The notes beneath the pieces were generated by a model. That model searched no databases, had not been told where the DNA came from, and worked only from the letters and a program-made list of their open reading frames with translations. Position numbers and translations under genes: made by a program. From Chthonomonadales bacterium (GTDB lineage: Bacteria > Armatimonadota > Chthonomonadetes > Chthonomonadales > Chthonomonadaceae): DNA of 16,669 nt. The stretch lies in the NCBI GenBank assembly GCA_038217285.1, contig JBBQPO010000130.1, positions 1-16,669 on the forward strand, read 5' to 3'. Shown here in pieces: positions 1 through 6,095 of the stretch. How positions within the stretch are numbered: position 1 is the stretch's first letter; each line of letters opens with the position of its first letter.

Positions 1-114
1 ACCCAGGAAGAGATCGCAAAACATATCAAAGCCACGGACCGAACCGTGCGAAATCGGTTGGAGAGCGCAGAGCGTCAGCTCGCAAGCTGGCGGGCCGACG
101 AGCCGCTGCGGTAA
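1..114 (+). CDS. 3' end (partial) of a sigma-70/ECF-like RNA polymerase sigma factor, region 4 HTH
   Basis: Absent from the ORF track. Frame 1 reads TQEEIAKHIKATDRTVRNRLESAERQLASWRADEPLR* (TAA 112-114), matching the region-4 pattern 'xxEIAxxLgxsxxTVrxRLxrAxxxL'. Only 37 residues are visible, so another HTH of the sigma4/LuxR fold cannot be excluded. Confidence 0.7.
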   Translation, partial: TQEEIAKHIKATDRTVRNRLESAERQLASWRADEPLR

Positions 115-131
115 GGGGATCGGGGAACGAA

Positions 132-764
132 ATGGGTACGACCAGAGAAGAGAGCACGATCATGGAGAGAGAGACCCTCTATATGTTGTGGCGTCGAGAC
201 CGGGAGCAGACCGCGCCGCGCCCACTGCAAGGCTGGATCGCGGAGTATCCTGTTTTTGAACACGACTTCGTGACCTGGGCTACGGAACTCCCGCTGATGC
301 AGCTTGCGGAGATTCGGGCGGACGATCCCATCGAGGAGGCGCGTCTGGGTCGGGTCGGTCGGTCGGTCGTGGCCGAGATGAGAGCCCAGTACGGCATGAC
401 GCATCGGCCCCTCACAAGCCTCTTGGAAGCCGCACGGCAGCAAAATCTTCGGCTTAAGGATGTGGCGGAGCGCCTCGGCATCGGGGTTCCTATCGTCTCG
501 AAGCTGGAGCAGCGGCTTATACAGTTCACGACGCTGCCCGAGTCCTTGATTCAGAAGCTGGCGGAGACACTGGACACTGCGACGGAGAACGTGCGCGACT
601 ATCTGCGGCAGCCGCCAACGCTTGCAGCGGGAGCGGCCTACCAGTACACGGGTAAGGCGGCCCCGCAGGTGCAGGCCCCGCAGGACTTTGCCGATGCCGT
701 CCGTACCTGTCCCAGCATGAGCGAAGCGCACAAGCAGGTCTGGCTGGCTGAGATCGAGGGGTAG
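132..764 (+). CDS. XRE/Cro-C1 family HTH protein with additional N-terminal helical and C-terminal domains
   Basis: Central HTH at ~aa 94-160 (AARQQNLRLKDVAERLGIGVPIVSKLEQR...LIQKLAETL). GGGGA SD-like sequence precedes ATG 132; alternative start at ATG 162. It lies 17 bp after the sigma-like gene and 8 bp before the next CDS. Confidence 0.8.
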   Translation: MGTTREESTIMERETLYMLWRRDREQTAPRPLQGWIAEYPVFEHDFVTWATELPLMQLAEIRADDPIEEARLGRVGRSVVAEMRAQYGMTHRPLTSLLEAARQQNLRLKDVAERLGIGVPIVSKLEQRLIQFTTLPESLIQKLAETLDTATENVRDYLRQPPTLAAGAAYQYTGKAAPQVQAPQDFADAVRTCPSMSEAHKQVWLAEIEG

Positions 765-772
765 GGCGAAGC

Positions 773-3700
773 ATGGTCAATCTCCAGTCGATCCGGCAGC
801 GGGCCTGGGAAGCGCACCGCGATTTGCGCCCCGAACTCTCCTCCTCCGACGGGAACCTCCTGCCAGCCGAGACACTGCTGGAACGGGCCTCGGTCGCGAC
901 CGGCCTGTTGCGTTACCCGTTGCCGCCCGGTGACGGACTGCTGGCGGGCGCACGCGCCGTGCTGCTGCGGGACCATGACAGCATCTACTATGCCGAGCCC
1001 GATTCGGACCGCTCCGCCCGACTACAGCGATTTTCGCAGGCGCACGAATTCGCGCATAACTGGCTGCACGATACGACCCGAGATTCGTTCGATGTGGAGG
1101 AGGAGCAACTGGCGCTCCTGCTTCTGCCCTCGCTGCCGCAGATCGCCCAGGTCGCACAGGGTTACAGCCCGGCGGAACGGCGGGAATCGGAAGCGAACGC
1201 GTTTGCCGCCGAGTTTCTGCTGCCGGGGCCGCTGCTGCGGCGAGCGTTCACTGAACAGCGCCTGACGGCCCCGCAGATCGCCGACCTGGTGGGGGTCTCG
1301 GAAGCCTGCGTCCTGGCGCAACTTGCGCAGGCGTTGTTGATACCGGCGATCGACGCTCGTTCGGAGACAGCCCCTGTTCAGCGCGATGCCAGCCTCCTCC
1401 GTTCCGGCGTTCTTGCCCCGATGCCCTCCCCTCTGGACCCGGATCAGGCGGCTGCCGCGTTCCTGAAACAGGGGCCCGCCCTGACGGACGCCGGACCGGG
1501 TACAGGCAAAACCCGCACCCTCGTCGCCCGCGCCGTCCATCTGCTGCAGGATCGGGGCCTGCCCCCGGAGCGCCTCCTCGCCCTCACCTTCTCCAACAAG
1601 GCGGCGGAAGAGATGCGTGCCCGACTGCAGGAGAGCGTCGGAGCGCTCTCCGACCAGGTGTGGATCGGCACCTTTCATGCGTTCGGCTTCGAGATACTAC
1701 GGAAAGACGGCCAGCGTCTCGGCCTGCCGAACACCCCCACACTGCTCCAGACCGCCGATGCGGTCGCCCTGCTGGTCTCCCACCTCGATGAACTCCCGCT
1801 GCAGCAGTTAGAGTATCTCAGCGATCCGACCCTGCCGTTTCCCGACATCCTGCGCTGTATCTCCCGCGCCAAGGACGAATGCATCACGCCGGAAGGCTAT
1901 CTGGCGCTGGCCGACACACAGTTCGCGAAGGCTGAGAACGACGAAGAACGGCTGAAGGCCATCAAGTCGCGGGAAGTAGCCCAACTATACGCCGTATATG
2001 AGGCCTTGAAACGCGAGCAGGGTCTGCTGGATTTCGGCGACCTGCTGATGCGCGCCGTCGAACTGCTGGACCGGGAGCCCGAGGTGAAGCAGCGCTGGCA
2101 GGAGCAGTATACGCATGTGCTTGCGGACGAGTATCAGGATGTCAATCGCGCCTGCGCCTATCTGCTGCAGCGCCTCGTCGGGAGCGGCGAAGGATTCTGG
2201 GCGGTCGGCGACCTTCGTCAGGCGATCTATCGGTTCCGTGGAGCCTCTCCTGCCAATGTGCGCCAGTTCGATCACGATTTCCCCGGCGGGCAGCGGCTCC
2301 GGCTCGGCGTCAACTACCGTTCCCGCGCGCCGATCGTAGCGTTGTTCAGCAGTTTCGCCTCAGCGATGTCGTCGGAGAACCCGAACGCTCCCGCGCCTGC
2401 CGAACGCCTCGTCTTGTGGAACGCCCAACGCGGAGGTGAGGATCTGCCCGCCGTCACCTTCGCGGAGGCAGAAGATGAAGAGGCGCAGGCGGATGGTCTG
2501 AGCGCGCAGATCCTGAGCTTTCAGGAGGCCGGTATTCCGATGCAGCAACAGGCGATCCTGGTCTGTACCAATGCGCAGGCGACCGATCTGGCGGAGCGAC
2601 TGGAAGACCGGGGGATTCCCACGCAGCATCTGGGCAGCCTGTTCGACCGTGCGGAGGTGAAGGATATGCTGGCGCTTCTGGCGCTGATCGCGGAGCCGCA
2701 GGGAACCACCCTGGCGCGGGTGGCGCAGTTCGCGGAATACGCGGTTCCGAAAGAGGATGTCGCCTTGCTGTTAGCCGAGGCGCAGGAACGGCAGCGTCCA
2801 TTTCCCGCAGCGCTGGGTCTGGCGGAGGATCTGCCGGGCCTTTCGGAAGCGGGGCGAACGGGACTGGGAAGACTGTGGCAGCAGATCCGGCCCATCCTTC
2901 ACAGAGGGGATGCCTGGGCGCTGCTCACCCGGTATCTATTCGCGCAGAGCAGCTACCTTCGGCCCCTAATCGCGGCGGAGACTGTGGCGGCACGGCAACA
3001 ACTGCTCGCACTCTCCCAACTGCTGACCTTCGCGCAGGGCCTGACGCAGCGGCTGCAGCCGCAGGAAGGCGAGACGCAGCCGCAACTCTTTCTGCGCCAT
3101 CTGCGGCAGTTGATCCTCTGCGGCGAGGAGCGGTCGGCCCGCACTCCAGGCGGGGTGGAGGACCTTCCCGCTGTGCGGCTCATGACGGTGCACCAGTCGA
3201 AAGGTCTGGAGTTTCCGGTCGTCTACTTGCCGAATCTCAACAAAGGCCAGTTTCCAGCCAGGGGATCCAGCGGTATGGTCGCGCCTCCGCCCGCGCTGCT
3301 CGGCGATGAGGACGAGGCGGATGCGGCTAAATCCGATGGAGCCGACTGCCTGTTCTTCGTGGCGCTTTCTCGCGCGAAAGACCAACTCGTGCTGTCCCGC
3401 CCACTGCGGCGTAACGGCTCGGAGACCAAACCCTCCCCCTTGCTCGAACGACTGGAGCCGGCGCTGAAGGCCTGCGGTGCGGCACGTGTTCAGTGGCAGC
3501 GTGTTCAGGCAGACGGAGAGCCGATCCCAATTAGCCCGGAACTTACCGCACCGCCGGATCTGTCCCTCTGGCAGGTCGATGCGTATCGCGACTGTCCGCG
3601 CCGGTTCTACTACCAGCAGGTGGCGCGCCTTCCCCGGCCCGACGACGCATCGCCTTATCTGCAGTTCCACGGCAGTCTCAAAGAGACGATTCAGTGGGTG

Positions 3701-4261
3701 CAACAAGAGCGAGGCGCCGGGCGCGAACCAGCGCCTGAAGCGGCCCGCCAGCGCCTGCACGAAACGTGGGAGCGGAGGTTTCCGGGAGCGGACACCGCCC
3801 AGAGCCGACTGCTCCGCAGTCACGCCGAAAAAATGCTGGACAACGCCTTCCAGAATCTCTCCCGCCCCGTCTCCGCACCGCCTTCCCTGCGCCTGGTCGC
3901 CGCCCTGGAGCATGGCACCGTCGAAGTCCCCTGCGACGAGGTCGAAACCCTGCCGGACGGCGGCCTGCGCGTGGCACGCCACTTCCGTCGCCGCATCAAG
4001 AAAGACGATCACACCGACGGACGCCTTGCCCTGATCCGCCACGCCGCCACGCAGGCAAACCCCGAACGCCCTGTAAAACTCGAACTGCGTTCCCTCGTAG
4101 ACGGCGAGATCCGCGAAGTGAAGCCAAACCTGCGCTACGAACCAGCCCGCGTCGAAAAATACAACGAGGCATTGCGAGGAATTCGAGCTGGCCAATTCCC
4201 TCCGGAACCAGAAGAGCGCAAATGCGCTCTCTGTCCCTTCTTCTTCCTCTGTCCCGCATGA
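773..4261 (+). CDS. Fusion: ImmA/IrrE (Peptidase_M78) Zn-metallopeptidase + UvrD/PcrA SF1 helicase + C-terminal PD-(D/E)XK-like Fe-S domain
   Basis: Peptidase: RFSQAHEFAH (HExxH aa 91-95), ESEANAFAAEFLLP (E140), then HTH (APQIADLVGVS). Helicase motifs: AGPGTGKT (aa 240-247), LTFSNKAAEEM, GTFHAF, DFGDL, DEYQD, VGDLRQAIYRFRGA, NYRS, MTVHQSKGLEFP, FFVALSRA. C-terminal domain: DCPRRFYY (C941) and CALCPFFFLCP (C1151, C1154, C1160). GAGGGG SD upstream. Confidence 0.92.
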   Translation: MVNLQSIRQRAWEAHRDLRPELSSSDGNLLPAETLLERASVATGLLRYPLPPGDGLLAGARAVLLRDHDSIYYAEPDSDRSARLQRFSQAHEFAHNWLHDTTRDSFDVEEEQLALLLLPSLPQIAQVAQGYSPAERRESEANAFAAEFLLPGPLLRRAFTEQRLTAPQIADLVGVSEACVLAQLAQALLIPAIDARSETAPVQRDASLLRSGVLAPMPSPLDPDQAAAAFLKQGPALTDAGPGTGKTRTLVARAVHLLQDRGLPPERLLALTFSNKAAEEMRARLQESVGALSDQVWIGTFHAFGFEILRKDGQRLGLPNTPTLLQTADAVALLVSHLDELPLQQLEYLSDPTLPFPDILRCISRAKDECITPEGYLALADTQFAKAENDEERLKAIKSREVAQLYAVYEALKREQGLLDFGDLLMRAVELLDREPEVKQRWQEQYTHVLADEYQDVNRACAYLLQRLVGSGEGFWAVGDLRQAIYRFRGASPANVRQFDHDFPGGQRLRLGVNYRSRAPIVALFSSFASAMSSENPNAPAPAERLVLWNAQRGGEDLPAVTFAEAEDEEAQADGLSAQILSFQEAGIPMQQQAILVCTNAQATDLAERLEDRGIPTQHLGSLFDRAEVKDMLALLALIAEPQGTTLARVAQFAEYAVPKEDVALLLAEAQERQRPFPAALGLAEDLPGLSEAGRTGLGRLWQQIRPILHRGDAWALLTRYLFAQSSYLRPLIAAETVAARQQLLALSQLLTFAQGLTQRLQPQEGETQPQLFLRHLRQLILCGEERSARTPGGVEDLPAVRLMTVHQSKGLEFPVVYLPNLNKGQFPARGSSGMVAPPPALLGDEDEADAAKSDGADCLFFVALSRAKDQLVLSRPLRRNGSETKPSPLLERLEPALKACGAARVQWQRVQADGEPIPISPELTAPPDLSLWQVDAYRDCPRRFYYQQVARLPRPDDASPYLQFHGSLKETIQWVQQERGAGREPAPEAARQRLHETWERRFPGADTAQSRLLRSHAEKMLDNAFQNLSRPVSAPPSLRLVAALEHGTVEVPCDEVETLPDGGLRVARHFRRRIKKDDHTDGRLALIRHAATQANPERPVKLELRSLVDGEIREVKPNLRYEPARVEKYNEALRGIRAGQFPPEPEERKCALCPFFFLCPA

Positions 4262-4407
4262 TCAGCCAGGTATCGGGGCAATAGGATCGACGAATAACGG
4301 GCGGACAAGGTTCTCGGGCGAAAACGAAGCCTGCCCCACGGCGCTCACCGAATGGGCGGGAAATCGCACTTCGGATGGTGAGGGAAGTATGGTTCGCGTG
4401 ATATCCA

Positions 4408-5250
4408 TCAGTTCCGCCTTTCGTTATCTTCCTCGGGATCGTTTCCGGTGCCTTTGCGCTTTTTCCACGCCGGGGTGGTCAGGGCGCTATGTTCGGATGC
4501 AAAGGATCGACCGCGCAGACGTGCCGTGAGCGCACGTAACATATCGTAGGTTGGACTGATGCCAGTTGTGCTGCGCAGCAGCGGCGCAAAGGCGGAAGCA
4601 TCGCGATGGCGGGCGGCAGCCAGCAGGATGTCCAACTCTGCTTCGAGATGTTGTTCCTGCGCATGCAGAAAGTCCCGACGACGGAAGTTTGCGTCGGCCT
4701 CGATCATCTCGACCGATGAGACGGATACGAACGCTTCGGGAAGCTTATCGTCCCAGAACTCGTAGTGCAGACTGACCCGGGCGATGTGGAATCGTCCCAG
4801 TCGCTCTGCCAGATGCGCCAGTCCGGGCTGAAAAACGAAGGGCCTCTGCTGATTGGAGAGCATCGCACCCTGCGGTGTCAACCAGAGAGCCCGACGCTGC
4901 CCGCGCAGCAGCCTCTCTGTATAGTCCAGAAACTCCCTCGCTCCTGCCAGACTTGTCCGGTCCACCCCGATCATTCCCAGGTTCGCAAAGAAGCGGTAAC
5001 GCTGCAGTTGTCGTTCGTCCATAACCCCGTACTGCTCCCACCCGAAAAATTCACGTTCGACATGAAACGCCAGCAGGACATCCCACCAACTGCTGTGATT
5101 CAGGCAGACGAGGAGAGGCGTTCGCCCGTCGTCGTCAAATAGGGGCGGCTCGCCGAGCAGATGCACCGCATGGAAACTGCGGCGAAGATAGCGGCGCACA
5201 TAGTGCGTGACGAAAGGTGTGTAGAAGGCCGGTGGGCCAGCGGGTATCAT
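4408..5250 (-). CDS. Lysophospholipid/glycerol acyltransferase (LPLAT, PlsC superfamily; resembles carotenoid-glycoside acyltransferases), 280 aa
   Basis: NHSSWWD (HxxxxD catalytic motif) and WLTPQG block III. The likely start is ATG at 5250 (MIPAGPP...), preceded by GGAGG/GAGG on the minus strand. The ORF track's 233-aa N-terminal extension is treated as an artefact. Confidence 0.85.
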   Translation of the reverse strand: MIPAGPPAFYTPFVTHYVRRYLRRSFHAVHLLGEPPLFDDDGRTPLLVCLNHSSWWDVLLAFHVEREFFGWEQYGVMDERQLQRYRFFANLGMIGVDRTSLAGAREFLDYTERLLRGQRRALWLTPQGAMLSNQQRPFVFQPGLAHLAERLGRFHIARVSLHYEFWDDKLPEAFVSVSSVEMIEADANFRRRDFLHAQEQHLEAELDILLAAARHRDASAFAPLLRSTTGISPTYDMLRALTARLRGRSFASEHSALTTPAWKKRKGTGNDPEEDNERRN

Positions 5251-5311
5251 GGCCTCTATTCTACCTCCAAAGCCCCTGGAACAGGCCCCTGCACTATTTC
5301 TCAACAACGAC

Positions 5312-5340
5312 TTGACAATTCTCGAAAACGCGAATATAAT
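5312..5340 (+). promoter_or_regulatory. Consensus sigma-70 promoter TTGACA-N17-TATAAT driving the HTH-tricorn locus
   Basis: TTGACA at 5312-5317, exactly 17 bp spacer, TATAAT at 5335-5340, within an AT-rich intergenic region of a high-GC genome. Confidence 0.85.
5318..5335. promoter_or_regulatory. Putative operator O1 (ATTCTC-N6-GcGAAT) filling the promoter spacer
   Basis: ATTCTCGAAAACGCGAAT is a dyad with one mismatch in its arms, and is the same motif as the site at 5412-5431. Confidence 0.65.
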
Positions 5341-5362
5341 GACCTGTCGATTCGCTTTCAGT

Positions 5363-5386
5363 GGCCTATTACTTAAGTTATAGGCC
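5363..5386. promoter_or_regulatory. 24-bp near-perfect palindrome (operator or 5' UTR hairpin)
   Basis: GGCCTATTACTTAAGTTATAGGCC has 11 of 12 positions self-complementary, centred at 5374/5375. Confidence 0.6.
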
Positions 5387-5411
5387 GCATTTTGACTATA
5401 TACTCCCTTTA

Positions 5412-5431
5412 AATTCTCGATTATGAGAATT
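5412..5431. promoter_or_regulatory. Putative operator O2 (AATTCTC-N6-GAGAATT)
   Basis: Perfect 7-bp inverted repeat with a 6-bp spacer just upstream of the wHTH gene, plus an extra GAGAAT half-site at 5446-5451. Confidence 0.7.
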
Positions 5432-5454
5432 ACAGTGATGGAAATGAGAATATC

Positions 5455-6015
5455 TTGGCCGTAAGACCGCCCAACGGGGAGACCGTCGCCGCAAAGGCGG
5501 ATATCGTCCTGCATCCCATTCGGTTTCGGATTCTTATGATCGCGTCCGGGCGGCGAGTCTCCGCGCAGCAGATCATCTCGGCACTTCCGGATGTCCCGCA
5601 GGCCTCGGCGTACCGACATATTGCGCGCCTTGTCGAAGCGGGGATACTGCAGGTCGTGGAAGAGGCCACTCTGCGAGGCACGGTTGAGAAGACCTATACG
5701 CTGCCCGATCAGGCTGCCGACCTCAGTCGTGAAGAGATGGCGCCGGTCAGCTCCGAAGACCATATGCGCTATTTCACGGCGTTTGTGACGCTCATGATGA
5801 GCCAGTTTCGCGCCTATCTGGAGCGCAAAGAGCGGGGAGGCAAGGACGGCGGCACCTACTGGTCCGAAGCCGTCTGTCTCACCGATGCCGAATACGACCA
5901 TTTTGTGAAGGCGCTGAAATCTATCGAAGGGCTGGCGGCCTCTCACCAACCCGGCCCAGAGCGACGCAGGCGACTGCTGTTCGCCGCTATCATCCCGGAT
6001 GTCGAGGAGATGTAA
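5455..6015 (+). CDS. ArsR-like (HTH_20) winged-helix transcriptional regulator
   Basis: ADIVLHPIRFRIL...LPDVPQASAYRHIARLVEAGILQVVEE..LRGTVEKTY is a typical wHTH, followed by a helical C-terminal domain. The start is uncertain: TTG 5455 is the first possible start after the in-frame TAA at 5410. Confidence 0.85.
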   Translation: MAVRPPNGETVAAKADIVLHPIRFRILMIASGRRVSAQQIISALPDVPQASAYRHIARLVEAGILQVVEEATLRGTVEKTYTLPDQAADLSREEMAPVSSEDHMRYFTAFVTLMMSQFRAYLERKERGGKDGGTYWSEAVCLTDAEYDHFVKALKSIEGLAASHQPGPERRRRLLFAAIIPDVEEM

Positions 6016-6095
6016 TCCTCATCTTATTTTCGTGCGCTCGACCGTCTTTCGCCGCGGACGCCACTCCGCACCCATTCGCTCATTCAGGAGATGCC

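Noticed and set aside
2966-4195. 409-aa - strand ORF and other long antisense ORFs (75..731, 1022..1678, 6105..6974, 7065..8168, 9549..10331)
   Set aside because: All lie opposite well-supported genes and lack motifs; typical stop-poor shadow frames.
3545-4261. Cas4/CRISPR interpretation of the 4-Cys domain
   Set aside because: No CRISPR repeats or cas genes in the window; the domain is the C-terminus of a helicase fusion.
1-4407. Prophage or ICE (ImmA/ImmR-like) interpretation
   Set aside because: No integrase, att-like repeat, tRNA, conjugation or phage structural gene is visible, and composition looks similar to the flanks; cannot be excluded for sequence left of the window.
4262-4407. 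Terminator or small RNA between the convergent helicase fusion and acyltransferase
   Set aside because: Only short, widely spaced complementary segments (e.g. CTCACC/GGTGAG) and no U-tract; not distinguishable from chance.
5476-5490. Non-canonical start of the wHTH gene after the SD-like GGGGAG
   Set aside because: No ATG/GTG/TTG at suitable spacing (ACC GTC GCC); it cannot be supported without ribosome profiling, so TTG 5455 is retained.
5251-5949. 233-aa N-terminal extension of the acyltransferase in the ORF track (4408..5949, 513 aa)
   Set aside because: It runs antisense through the wHTH gene and across the promoter/operator region with no recognisable motifs, and a good SD + ATG exists at 5250.
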